DNA of 64,000 bases, from contig MTMF02000009.1 in NCBI GenBank assembly GCA_002011125.2, positions 579,095 through 643,094 of the forward strand, in the 5' to 3' direction. Both the position numbers and the translations under genes were made by a program. Source of the stretch: Candidatus Hydrothermarchaeum profundi (GTDB lineage: Archaea > Hydrothermarchaeota > Hydrothermarchaeia > Hydrothermarchaeales > Hydrothermarchaeaceae). The notes below the pieces were generated by a model. The model saw only the letters and a list, made by a program, of their open reading frames with translations. It searched no databases and had not been told where the DNA came from. Position 1 is the first letter of the stretch. Each line of letters opens with the position of its first letter. This document shows, one piece after another, positions 9,090 through 18,636 of this stretch.

Positions 9090-9500
9090 TCCTTCCCAAA
9101 GCGTCCACAACGATTCCTTCATGTAGCCATAGTAGGGCGTGTACTCTCTATTATCTTTTACGTAGGTATAAGTCAGGGCAGGGTTATGGTCTAACTGCTT
9201 TTGAAAGGATGACTATCTCCTCAGGGATAATATTAGGGGCTCCTTCGTCGGCGAAGACCTCGCTTATGAAGCTGAAGATGTGTCCCATGAGTTATCCTTC
9301 TTGACGGCGGATTACCCTGTTTTATCTTAGGCTTTTCCTTGGGGTAGCTTGTCCTTGGCTTTATCTTCTTTCCCTTACTAGTCCTGGTTGGCAACTCTTT
9401 TGGGATATTGACCTCCTACCTTTTAGCTTTTTGCCGTCTCCTCTAAGGCTATGTTGAGTTCTGTCAGCTGTGTATAATTCCTGAAAGTTGCTGATTTCCA
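9090..9500 (-). pseudogene. possible decayed gene relic
   Basis: Unusually long gap with short protein-like minus-strand fragments (MGHIFSFISEVFADEGAPNIIPEEIVILSKAVRP; YTPYYGYMKESLWTLWE) broken by stops. Confidence 0.3.
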
Positions 9501-9630
9501 ATATAGGAATTATAGCGGTACTTGTTTTATACTTTATTAGAAAAATTTCTTTTTAATGATTTTATTGTAAAATGATAAGATTTTTCTAATGTGCCTTGAA
9601 AATAATATGGATAACTGGGGGTAATCGTTT

Positions 9631-10005
9631 TTGGCGGAGATTATTGTAACTATCGGCGGCAAAATAATTGAAGTAGAGCTTTGCGAGTCTCTTATATGTT
9701 CAAAAATACTAGATGCCTTGCCTATCCGCTCAAAGGCAAGTAGATGGGGTGATGAGGTTTATTTTTCAATACCGGTTGAGGCAAGCTCAGATGAAAATAA
9801 AAAAGAAATTCTTGAGATAGGAGATGTTTGTTACTGGGAAGCAGGGAGAGCAATCGCTATATTCTTCGGCCCAACTCCAGTAAGCGAGGGCGATGAATGC
9901 AGGGCATATGAACCCGTTAGTGTAATAGGAAAGGTGGTTAAAGGCATTGAGCTGTTAAAGTCGGTAAAAGACGGAGATGAGGTTAAAGTTGAGTTAGCAA
10001 GGTGA
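9631..10005 (+). CDS. cyclophilin-like fold protein (DUF369/TM1367 type)
   Basis: RWGDEVYF, GDVCYW, AIAIFFGPTP. Confidence 0.85.
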   Translation: MAEIIVTIGGKIIEVELCESLICSKILDALPIRSKASRWGDEVYFSIPVEASSDENKKEILEIGDVCYWEAGRAIAIFFGPTPVSEGDECRAYEPVSVIGKVVKGIELLKSVKDGDEVKVELAR

Positions 10006-10011
10006 AAAAAT

Positions 10012-10152
10012 ATGAAGATCAAAGATGTGGTATGTGATTGCGAGGTTGATAAAAACAAGGCATTTAAAAAAGAGTATAAAGGCAAAATCTATTTCTTCTG
10101 CACCCCAACATGCCGGGTAGCATTTGAGGATAATCCAGAGAAATACATCTAA
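10012..10152 (+). CDS. small YHS/TRASH metal-binding protein, 46 aa
   Basis: Below ORF-track cutoff: MKIKDVVCDCEVDKNKAFKKEYKGKIYFFCTPTCRVAFEDNPEKYI; GGTGA RBS at 10001. Confidence 0.88.
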   Translation: MKIKDVVCDCEVDKNKAFKKEYKGKIYFFCTPTCRVAFEDNPEKYI

Positions 10153-10155
10153 GAT

Positions 10156-10398
10156 TTATCTCATCTCTTTAGAGATCTGTGCAAGAGTCTTTATACCGTC
10201 CTCTGTGAGAAAGTAGCTATCTTCACGCTTTTCTACTAAACCCTTTTTTGAAAGCTCCTCAAGCGATTTATTCACCCTTGGGAGACTTATCCTGAGTTTG
10301 TGGGAAATAGCCTTAGGCGTTGCTTCAGATTTAAGTACCTCCATTATTCTCAGCCTATACTTATCTGCTTTAACAAACCCTATTATCGAAACATCCAT
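10156..10398 (-). CDS. small winged-helix DNA-binding protein
   Basis: RLRIMEVL..ATPKAISHKL.IS...VNKSLEEL..KGLV....Y.LTEDG. Confidence 0.8.
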   Translation of the reverse strand: MDVSIIGFVKADKYRLRIMEVLKSEATPKAISHKLRISLPRVNKSLEELSKKGLVEKREDSYFLTEDGIKTLAQISKEMR

Positions 10399-10400
10399 AA

Positions 10401-11558
10401 CTACACCTCAAGCTTTTTCAACTGCTCAAGAGTATAATCTCTGATCTCATCCACCGAGGGTAAATCTCTAACTATCTTCCCACCCCTAATAAGAGGAGTT
10501 AGCATACTTTTCATTTCCACTTTACAGCTATCGCATATTACACTTTTAGAGCCGTTGCTTGGCATAATTTTATCCTTAAGGCAATTAGGGCACCGGTAGA
10601 CCTCCTTCTTTCCACCGTATTTACCCCTTTTAGCAACAGGCTTTCCTTCCATTTCAACAATATCCATGGCGAAGTCTATAGTCTTAGAGTTGCTTATACT
10701 CGTCCCAATACCAAAGCCGTCTGCATTTGTGAACTCGACTATATTATTCTCGTCAACTCCACCTGACACAAAAATCATTACGTCCTTGTACCCCCTCAAA
10801 TCCAGTTCCCAACGGACTTCATCAATTATCTTCTTCATATTACCCCTCCTAGATCCAGGAGTATCAAGACGTACCCCTTTAAGCCCTTTGACGGCTTCAG
10901 CTGCCATTATTGACTCGATTTTCTCATCATAATAGGTGTCAACTAGAGCGATCCTTGGCACATCCTTGTCAACTACCTCGTCAAAGTACCTCCAAGCTGT
11001 AACTTGGTCTCCTACAACAATAATTAGTGCATGAGGCATAGTACCAGAAGCTCTCTTGCCGATGATTTTTTCTGCAGCAACGCAAGAAAATCCATCTAAG
11101 CCTCCTATATAAGCAGCTCTATCTATCATTGGCGCAAGGATTGGATGCATCCTACGAACTCCAAAGCTCAGTATAGTCTTATCGCCTGCAAGCTTTTTCA
11201 GCCTCGCTGATTTAGTTGTTATTCCTGAAGCCTGGCAAATTAATCCTAGCATGGGCGTTTCAAGCTCGCAAAACTCGGAGTACATTCCCTCAATCCTTAC
11301 AACGGGTTCAATAGGATAAAACACGCTTCCTTCAGGGAATGTATCTATGTTAACATTATATCCCTCAAATAAATATGCCAGCTCTTCTATTCCGGATAAT
11401 ATGCCCCATTTATAGTTCAGGGGTAGGGAGCTAGTAGTGCATTCTGCGATAACTCTTTTATCAATGCCCTTCTTTTTAATGACTTCTCTAGCCCTAACGA
11501 AATAGATATCTGTGGTTCTACCTTTCTTTACCTCGTCTTCAGATGCTGTATGAAACAT
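10401..11558 (-). CDS. pncB: nicotinate phosphoribosyltransferase
   Basis: TTDIYF, SFGVRR, GTMPHAL, LVDT, VRLDTP, SGG, GFGIGT, C-terminal zinc ribbon. Confidence 0.95.
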   Translation of the reverse strand: MFHTASEDEVKKGRTTDIYFVRAREVIKKKGIDKRVIAECTTSSLPLNYKWGILSGIEELAYLFEGYNVNIDTFPEGSVFYPIEPVVRIEGMYSEFCELETPMLGLICQASGITTKSARLKKLAGDKTILSFGVRRMHPILAPMIDRAAYIGGLDGFSCVAAEKIIGKRASGTMPHALIIVVGDQVTAWRYFDEVVDKDVPRIALVDTYYDEKIESIMAAEAVKGLKGVRLDTPGSRRGNMKKIIDEVRWELDLRGYKDVMIFVSGGVDENNIVEFTNADGFGIGTSISNSKTIDFAMDIVEMEGKPVAKRGKYGGKKEVYRCPNCLKDKIMPSNGSKSVICDSCKVEMKSMLTPLIRGGKIVRDLPSVDEIRDYTLEQLKKLEV

Positions 11559-11599
11559 GAGAATAGTATATAACCTATTATGTTTAAAAAGTTGTCTTC

Positions 11600-12415
11600 A
11601 TGGAGACGGCTTTAATTGGATGTGGAGCCATAGGAAATGTACTGGCAAGAGGTATTGCTGAGAAAATCGTTGACGCTACCTTGGAGGTAGTATACGATAA
11701 TAATCATGAGAAAGCCTTAAGCCTACTGGAGTTCTTTCAGATTAAGCCGAAGGTTGCGAAGGACATAAATGAGATCTTAGAATCAGAAGTAGATTTAGTA
11801 ATAGAAGCAGCTTCCATAGAAGCCGTAAAGCAATACGGTCCAAGAATATTGAGGTCAGGTAAAAATCTTATGGCCATGAGCGTAGGAGCATTTGCTGATG
11901 TGTCTTTCGCAAGCGAGATGGAGAAACTAGCAAGAGAAAACAAAGTCAAAATATATCTACCCTCCGGAGCCATAGGGGGGCTAGATGCTCTAAAGTCCGC
12001 AGCAGCTGGCAAGATATATAAAGTTACTTTGAGAACCACAAAGCCTCCTAAGGCGTTAGAGAACGCTCCTTATCTTAAAGAGAAGAATATTAGTCTGAAA
12101 GATCTAAAAGAGAAGAAGTTGGTATTCCAGGGTAATGCCCTTCAAGCGATCAGAGGTTTTCCGGCAAATGTCAATACAGCAGTAGCAGTAAGTCTTGCAG
12201 GAATAGGAGCTGAAAAAACAACTGTGGAGATAGTGGCAGATCCGCAGTCTACGAGAAATATCCATGAGATATCAGCAGAGGGAGAATTTGGAAAATTATA
12301 TTTTAAAGTAGAAAACCTACCTTCGCCAGAGAATCCACGGACCAGCTTACTCGCAGCATTCTCCGCTATAGCAACATTAAAATCTATTACAAAGCCGATG
12401 GTGATAGGGACATAA
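11600..12415 (+). CDS. nadX: L-aspartate dehydrogenase
   Basis: GCGAIG, SGAIGGLD, FPANVN, NPRTS. Confidence 0.95.
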   Translation: METALIGCGAIGNVLARGIAEKIVDATLEVVYDNNHEKALSLLEFFQIKPKVAKDINEILESEVDLVIEAASIEAVKQYGPRILRSGKNLMAMSVGAFADVSFASEMEKLARENKVKIYLPSGAIGGLDALKSAAAGKIYKVTLRTTKPPKALENAPYLKEKNISLKDLKEKKLVFQGNALQAIRGFPANVNTAVAVSLAGIGAEKTTVEIVADPQSTRNIHEISAEGEFGKLYFKVENLPSPENPRTSLLAAFSAIATLKSITKPMVIGT

Positions 12416-12461
12416 ACTTCATAAATTTTTTCATACGCTCAGGATTCCTTACGGTGATGTT

Positions 12462-13364
12462 ATGGGTGAATTGAGAGAAATCGAAGAGCTTAAAAAAGAC
12501 TGCATAGTTCTAGCTCATAATTACCAGATACCACGTATCCAAGATGTAGCCGATTTTGTAGGAGACTCGCTTGGCTTGTGTCAGAGGGCAACCAAGGTAG
12601 ATAAGCCTTATATCTTATTTTGCGGTGTTGACTTTATGGCCGAGTCAGCAGCGATGTTAAATCCTGATAAGACAGTGCTGATGCCTGAATTCATGGCTAA
12701 GTGTCCGATGGCTGCCCAGCTTCCGGCTGAAAAAGTACGAGAGGCTAGGAGAAAATATCCCGACGCCGCAGTTGTTTTATATATTAATACAAGGCTTGAA
12801 GCTAGAGCTGAGGCAGATATAGTTTGCACCTCAGCTAACGCAGTGAAGATAATAAAATCACTGCCTGAGAAAGAGATAATCTTTGGGCCTGACTGGGCTT
12901 TGGCTTGGCATGTGCAAAGGAATGTGCCTGAGAAAAAAATAATTACAATACCTGCCCAGGGAGCATGCCGCACGCATCTTTTATTCAAGCCGGAGCACAT
13001 TCTAGAGGCTAGGGAGAAGTATCCTAATGCCGAGGTTTTAGTTCACCCAGAGTGCAAACCAGAAGTGCAACTATTAGCTGATAAAATATGCAGTACTGAA
13101 CAAATGATACGATGGGCGAAAGAATCAAACAGTAGAGAGTTTATAATAGCAACTGAGATCGGCTTATTACATCGGTTGAAAAAAGAGAATCCGGGAAAAA
13201 CATTTATTCCTGCATATAAAAGAGCAGTCTGCATTAGTATGAAGAAAAACACTTGGGAAAAATTTATGGAAGAGCTGAGAGGAAGAAAGAATGTAGTAAA
13301 GATAGACCCAGTTATAGCAGAAAAGGCACGGAAATCTTTGGATAGGATGCTTAAAGCGGTATAA
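12462..13364 (+). CDS. nadA: quinolinate synthase A
   Basis: LAHNYQ, GDSL, CGVDFMAE, CPMA, CTSANA, HPEC, C.SMK. Confidence 0.96.
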   Translation: MGELREIEELKKDCIVLAHNYQIPRIQDVADFVGDSLGLCQRATKVDKPYILFCGVDFMAESAAMLNPDKTVLMPEFMAKCPMAAQLPAEKVREARRKYPDAAVVLYINTRLEARAEADIVCTSANAVKIIKSLPEKEIIFGPDWALAWHVQRNVPEKKIITIPAQGACRTHLLFKPEHILEAREKYPNAEVLVHPECKPEVQLLADKICSTEQMIRWAKESNSREFIIATEIGLLHRLKKENPGKTFIPAYKRAVCISMKKNTWEKFMEELRGRKNVVKIDPVIAEKARKSLDRMLKAV

Positions 13365-13394
13365 TTAAATAGAGAGGATAAAAAAAAAGTAAAT

Positions 13395-13727
13395 ATGCCT
13401 ATTGAGAATGTCGTAATTTTTATGGGGGGGATTCTTCTAACTTACCTTTGGATTAAAAGTATGAGAAACATTCTATCTGCTAAAGGAGAGGGGGCAAGAA
13501 GGAGGTCTTATCTGGAGGATAATTTGGTAAGAGAGTTGAAGGATGCTATAGGCAGGAAGGGAGAGGATTTGGATAAGTCAGATATTGCGGGAATACTTGT
13601 AGAAGTATATGATGACCTGTACTCCAGAATATCAGAAGAGGAAGAGAAAAGGAAAAAAGAGATATCCGCTATTAGAGCTGAAATAGAAGACTTGAAATCT
13701 AAACTTAGGTCCCTCAAAGAGAGATAA
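13395..13727 (+). CDS. hypothetical protein, N-terminal TM helix + coiled coil
   Basis: Hydrophobic N-terminus, charged heptad C-terminus, sits 1 nt before the pfkB gene. Confidence 0.65.
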   Translation: MPIENVVIFMGGILLTYLWIKSMRNILSAKGEGARRRSYLEDNLVRELKDAIGRKGEDLDKSDIAGILVEVYDDLYSRISEEEEKRKKEISAIRAEIEDLKSKLRSLKER

Positions 13728-13728
13728 T

Positions 13729-14628
13729 ATGGAAGTAATAGGGATAGGAGCCCTAAACGTAGACAAGCTGTTTTTTGTCGAAAGAATAGCTGGAGCCGGA
13801 GATGAAGTACCAGTAAATCGCTGGGTTAGAGCACCTGGCGGTTCTGCAGCAAACACTATAATAGGGCTAGCAAGGTTAGGGGTTAAAACCGGTTTTATCG
13901 GGAATGTCGGTTATGATGATGATGGGACTTACCTTCTAAACGACATGGAAAAGGAAAATGTAGATACCGGTGGAATAAAGAGAATTAAAGGTTCAACAGG
14001 GATAATTTTAGGATTTGTAGATAAAAAAGGTGAGAGAGCTCTATACGCATATCCTGGAGTAAATAATACCGTGGAAATAAGCCCTGATATTTTAGAATAT
14101 GCAAAAAAAGCTAAAATGTTGCATCTATCCTCTTTTGTTGGAGAAAGAGCTTATGAGGCTCAGAGAAGGCTTTTAAAAGAGTTATCAGATATTGAAATAA
14201 GTTTTGCTCCCGGTGCCTTATATGTTAGAAAAAAAATTAAGGCATTGGAGCTGATGATACGTAAGAGTTCTGTGATTTTCCTTAATAAAAGCGAGGTTGA
14301 AATATTAACCGGTAAAGAATATAAGAAAGGTGTATACGAGCTGCTTAAAAAAGGCGCAGGCATAGTAGCTGTGACTTTAGGGGAAGCAGGTTGTTATATT
14401 GCTGATAACCGGGAGAACCATAGGATTAATGCCTATAAAACACAGGTAGTAGATACAACAGGAGCTGGAGATGCTTTCGCAGCCGGGTTTTTATATGGTT
14501 ATCTCAGGGGCAAGACTCTTATTGAGTGCGGTAAACTAGGAAATTGGGTTGCCTCGAGATGCATCTCACGAGTTGGCGCTAGAAGCGGTCTACCCTATGC
14601 CAGCGATCTAGATTCTGCGAACCTCTAA
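13729..14628 (+). CDS. PfkB-family carbohydrate/nucleoside kinase
   Basis: PGGSAANT, VDTTGAGDAFAAG. Confidence 0.93.
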   Translation: MEVIGIGALNVDKLFFVERIAGAGDEVPVNRWVRAPGGSAANTIIGLARLGVKTGFIGNVGYDDDGTYLLNDMEKENVDTGGIKRIKGSTGIILGFVDKKGERALYAYPGVNNTVEISPDILEYAKKAKMLHLSSFVGERAYEAQRRLLKELSDIEISFAPGALYVRKKIKALELMIRKSSVIFLNKSEVEILTGKEYKKGVYELLKKGAGIVAVTLGEAGCYIADNRENHRINAYKTQVVDTTGAGDAFAAGFLYGYLRGKTLIECGKLGNWVASRCISRVGARSGLPYASDLDSANL

Positions 14629-14636
14629 AAAATAAT

Positions 14637-15041
14637 TCATTTCTTATTGGGTATGTTAGATTCATAATTTTTTAAAAACATTTCAAAGCTTTTTATAAAA
14701 GTATTTATTTTCTGTAGTTCATATCTCAACGTTTCTGTCTCATTTTCCCATAATAACTGTAGGTACTCAATCTTGTCTTCAATCTGCTTCAATTCATTAT
14801 GTAGTTCCTGTTGGCCTTCCCACATCGCTGATTCCACTTCTTCCCTTATTAGAGTTTTTCTATCTTTTACCCCTTGCAGGTCTATAGCCTCTTTGACTCT
14901 ACCTAACATAGAGATTGCCATTTCATTGGGCATTCCAGCCTTTTCCAGTACATCTACTATATCGTCGTCGGCCATACCCTGTAATTTCATGCCTCTTACA
15001 AAATCCCTTGCAAGGAAATCTTGACTTGATTTTTTAAACAT
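14637..15041 (-). CDS. hypothetical protein with C-terminal coiled coil
   Basis: 134-aa ORF 6 nt downstream of the adjacent minus-strand gene. Confidence 0.6.
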   Translation of the reverse strand: MFKKSSQDFLARDFVRGMKLQGMADDDIVDVLEKAGMPNEMAISMLGRVKEAIDLQGVKDRKTLIREEVESAMWEGQQELHNELKQIEDKIEYLQLLWENETETLRYELQKINTFIKSFEMFLKNYESNIPNKK

Positions 15042-15047
15042 TCCTTG

Positions 15048-16592
15048 TCACTCCAGTATATCGAATCCTACGAATAAGTTGAGTATTAGGAAAGCAGAGG
15101 CTATCACAGTTGAGTATAATATTAAGTTTACTATTCCTGAGGGTATCATTCCTCCAACCAATAGTTTTTCTTCATGGAATATTCGAAACTTCCCGAATTG
15201 AGAGTGGTTTAGATCCATAACTAATTTTAGCTGATACTCACCGATTTTATCGGGAGTAATTGCCTTGAAAACCTCAAATTCATATTTGCTTTTTCCGGCT
15301 ATATAGATACTTGAACTGTTAATTTCGATATCTTTCCAGTTTTTATCACATAGTAGTGAGATATTATTAATCTGAACAGGCGTTATCCCTTCATTTTCCA
15401 CCGATAAAAGGAATTTTTGTGAGACATTTCTTTTAAGCTTTTTAGGATAAAGTTCAAATTTAATAGGGGTCTGCTGTAGTTTGATTAGTCCTTCTGCACT
15501 AGTAGAGTAGTTTTTTCCAGATTCTACGGCATATCTTGCATAGGCTTTTAGAGTGTATGTACCCTCTCTTTCCCCAATAAGAAAATCTGTTAAAATCTTT
15601 TTTCCTTTTCCTCTGCCGAGGTGACCCATATCAACCGATTTTTCAATCTCAAAAGCCGGAATCTCAACTACTACCTCTAGATCCTCTATATCCAGAAAAC
15701 CCTGGTTTTCTAATTTTACGATAATGTTAACTAAACTTCCAGCAATATATCTTTCTTTTAATGTAAATACCTCTAAAGATATCCTTGGTCTAATAGCAAT
15801 CAAATGAAACTCCCTACTTAGAGCCGTTAATGCCAAAGCCGTAGCTAGGGGCTCTCCCTCTGAACTTGAACTCCAACTTCCATCACTATTCTGTCTTTTT
15901 AGGAGTTTCATCTGCGAATCTTGATAAGAAGCTTTCAAACTCTCCGTCTGCAACAAGCTGTATAAGAGCTTATAGACTAGTACCATGTTGTTTATGGTGT
16001 AAAAGTCATCATGCTTGCTTTCTTCTAACCATTTTTTACCTTTTAACGCAGCTAAAAGATATCTGTCTTCTCTGGTATAATTATACAAACGCAATAATGC
16101 GTAAACGCAATTTGAAGTTATCAGCGAACTATTACTCCATTCGCCACTATCTTCTTGAAGCCTGATTAGAAAGTCCCCACCAAGCTTTGCAGAAGTAAGG
16201 TTCGAGTCTAACTGGGATATAAGGGACACACTAGTATACCACGGAGTGCTCTTATGGCTATCTGTTTTACCCCATCCACCGTCATTGTTTTGCCGTTGGT
16301 TCAACACTCTTCCTTGCTTATGTATTACTTCTGAAGATTTTGCTAGAGCAGCTGTATCGTAGGGTTCCACACCGCTGATCCAATAGAGGCTTTTATTGAT
16401 TTTGACACCATTTTCTTCTAGTGCTTGGATAACTATCGAGGTAGAGTATATTCTTGAATCTATTCCATCTGACAATTTACCCCAGCTTCCATCAGGGTTT
16501 TGATGATTTATTAGCCATGTTACGGCATCATTACTTCTATCAGCGAAAACAACAGAGGGAAGGAAAAGAGCCATTATTAAAATAGCCTTCAT
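15048..16592 (-). CDS. secreted, membrane-anchored protein with prenyltransferase/squalene-cyclase-like (QW) repeats and CARDB/Ig-like domains
   Basis: Signal peptide; WLINHQNPDGSW, RQNNDGGW, LQEDSGEW, RQNSDGSW; V.LENQG and VENEG beta-sandwich motifs; C-terminal TM helix. Confidence 0.75.
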   Translation of the reverse strand: MKAILIMALFLPSVVFADRSNDAVTWLINHQNPDGSWGKLSDGIDSRIYSTSIVIQALEENGVKINKSLYWISGVEPYDTAALAKSSEVIHKQGRVLNQRQNNDGGWGKTDSHKSTPWYTSVSLISQLDSNLTSAKLGGDFLIRLQEDSGEWSNSSLITSNCVYALLRLYNYTREDRYLLAALKGKKWLEESKHDDFYTINNMVLVYKLLYSLLQTESLKASYQDSQMKLLKRQNSDGSWSSSSEGEPLATALALTALSREFHLIAIRPRISLEVFTLKERYIAGSLVNIIVKLENQGFLDIEDLEVVVEIPAFEIEKSVDMGHLGRGKGKKILTDFLIGEREGTYTLKAYARYAVESGKNYSTSAEGLIKLQQTPIKFELYPKKLKRNVSQKFLLSVENEGITPVQINNISLLCDKNWKDIEINSSSIYIAGKSKYEFEVFKAITPDKIGEYQLKLVMDLNHSQFGKFRIFHEEKLLVGGMIPSGIVNLILYSTVIASAFLILNLFVGFDILE

Positions 16593-16680
16593 ATTCCAAA
16601 AAAGTTAAATTATATTTTTTTATTACCTTTGAAAATCGGAATAATTACCAAAAATATTATAAGTTGTTATAGGATTGGTT

Positions 16681-17589
16681 ATGGCTATGGAGAATGATGT
16701 GAAAGCTGAAGTAACTCCCAAGGCTAGGGATGAAGCCGGGTTCATAATGACCCGGAAGGGAGATGTTATATCTTTTGAAAGAGAAACTCAGAAGCAAACT
16801 AGAACTGTAATTTATGAGCCGGCAAAATGTACTGGGTGCGGGCTATGCTATGAGGCATGTCCTATGAATGCTATCGAGCTTGGACCTGTAGGAGCAGTTA
16901 CGACTCATCAGCTGGAAGGAACCCAGATAACGATAGATCCTCATAAATGTGTTCTATGTGGCATATGCAGTGAAGTATGCATGTTTGGGACAATTGATAT
17001 GCGAATAAACGGCGAGTCAATAAAAAATTCTAGTGATTATCTCAAATATGCTCGTGTATTTGAATTTTATCAGGATAAGTGTAAGATGAAAGATGAAGAA
17101 AAGGGCGTAATGTGTAAAGACTGTGAAGAAGTATGCCCTCGCGAAGCTATTGAAGCAAAGCTGATTGAAAAAAATGGTAAAACTATTAATTCAATAGATC
17201 ATTTCAGCGATAAATGCATATATTGTTCTACTTGTGCAAGAGCATGTCCGCAGGATGCCATAATAGTTAAAAAAGCTTTTGAAGGAAAGACGGAAGTAGA
17301 TCTTGATAAATGCCAGGGATGCGGAGTATGTTACGAGGTATGTCCTTCAAAGGCTATTTCGATGCCTAAACCTAGTGTTCCTGGAGAGAAGGTGGATAAA
17401 ATCGTAATCGATAATGAGGTATGTATTTTTTGCAGCGCCTGCGAAAAAGCATGTCCGGTTGATGCTATCACAGTAAATAGGACCGAGGTTCATTATGTGA
17501 AAAGAAAAGAAAAATCATGGATTAAGAGATGGGAGGAAGCCTTCAATAAACTCAAAAAAGTAAAGGAAGAGGGAATTTCAGATGTTTAA
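16681..17589 (+). CDS. fwdF: formylmethanofuran dehydrogenase polyferredoxin subunit F
   Basis: Multiple CxxCxxCxxxCP motifs; first gene of the fwd operon. Confidence 0.85.
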   Translation: MAMENDVKAEVTPKARDEAGFIMTRKGDVISFERETQKQTRTVIYEPAKCTGCGLCYEACPMNAIELGPVGAVTTHQLEGTQITIDPHKCVLCGICSEVCMFGTIDMRINGESIKNSSDYLKYARVFEFYQDKCKMKDEEKGVMCKDCEEVCPREAIEAKLIEKNGKTINSIDHFSDKCIYCSTCARACPQDAIIVKKAFEGKTEVDLDKCQGCGVCYEVCPSKAISMPKPSVPGEKVDKIVIDNEVCIFCSACEKACPVDAITVNRTEVHYVKRKEKSWIKRWEEAFNKLKKVKEEGISDV

Positions 17590-18238
17590 ATTAGAGATCG
17601 ATAAGGACAATTGTACTGGATGCGGGAATTGTATAATAGTTTGTCCTGTTAATTCAATGAGCAATGATGACGTTTCAGGCGGTAAAGGTTCGCCCATAGA
17701 GATCAATATGGGAGTAACACTAGGCGCGGTAGATGTATATGAAGATTTTTGCAGGGGATGCGGTAGGTGTATGGCGGCATGCGCTTACGATGCTATCAAG
17801 GTAATACCTATTGAACAAAAAGAAGACCTTAGGCTCCAAAAGGCTGAAGAATTTCTCTACGGGAAAAAGAGAGACATATATGAACTTATAAAATCCAATG
17901 GTCCGATGACAATACCCCAGATTTCTGAAAAAATCAATATGCCCAGAAGAGAGGCATATAAGTTAGTATTCGCTCTTAAAAATGATGGTAAGCTTTTTGA
18001 ATATGAAAAAATAAATGGGATGTTCACTTATTTCATTGAGCCCTTAAAGAAAAAAGAAGAGAAAAAGGAAAAGACTGAGGAAGTAATCGTAGAGGTTCCA
18101 CCAGAGGTCGTAAATAAGATTAAGAATCAGATTAACTCGATGATGGAGTTATTTAAGAAACCTAAAATTCGCCTGTTCATAGAAATGGAGAAATTGGACA
18201 AAGCAAAGGAAGCATTATTAAAAAAGGGTGAGAAATGA
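17582..18238 (+). CDS. fwdG: FwdG-like 2x[4Fe-4S] ferredoxin fused to a winged-helix-like domain
   Basis: CTGCGNCIIVCPVN...SGGKG...CRGCGRCMAAC, then IYELIKSNGPMTIPQISEKINMPRREAYKLVFALKNDGKL. Confidence 0.75.
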   Translation: MFKLEIDKDNCTGCGNCIIVCPVNSMSNDDVSGGKGSPIEINMGVTLGAVDVYEDFCRGCGRCMAACAYDAIKVIPIEQKEDLRLQKAEEFLYGKKRDIYELIKSNGPMTIPQISEKINMPRREAYKLVFALKNDGKLFEYEKINGMFTYFIEPLKKKEEKKEKTEEVIVEVPPEVVNKIKNQINSMMELFKKPKIRLFIEMEKLDKAKEALLKKGEK

Positions 18239-18636
18239 GCCTGGAAGTTAAGCTTATTACTGGTAGAACTCTCCATCAAGGAGCATCAATGGAGAGACTA
18301 GGTAAAGAAAGTGAGGAATACACGAAGTCTGTAGCAGTTTGTGAAATGGACCCTGCAGATATGGAAAAACTTGGGGTTAAGGAAGGAGATATCGTGAAAG
18401 TGGCAACCGATTCAGGGGAAGTTTTTTTGTGGGCTGCTAAGTCGCGACAAGCTCCGCATGAAGGGACAATTTTTATTCCTATGGGGCCTTGGGCGAATGC
18501 GCTGGTTGATGCTGGAACTAATTCGACCGGGATGCCCGATTTTAAGGGCGTGAAAGCAAGGGTTGAGCCAGCTCCAGAAGGAAAAGTATTGAACGCAGTT
18601 GAACTGGTAAGGGAGATATATGGCTACAATTACTGA
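18235..18636 (+). CDS. fwdD: formylmethanofuran dehydrogenase subunit D
   Basis: LITGRTLHQG, FIPMGPWAN, TGMPDFKG. Confidence 0.95.
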   Translation: MSLEVKLITGRTLHQGASMERLGKESEEYTKSVAVCEMDPADMEKLGVKEGDIVKVATDSGEVFLWAAKSRQAPHEGTIFIPMGPWANALVDAGTNSTGMPDFKGVKARVEPAPEGKVLNAVELVREIYGYNY

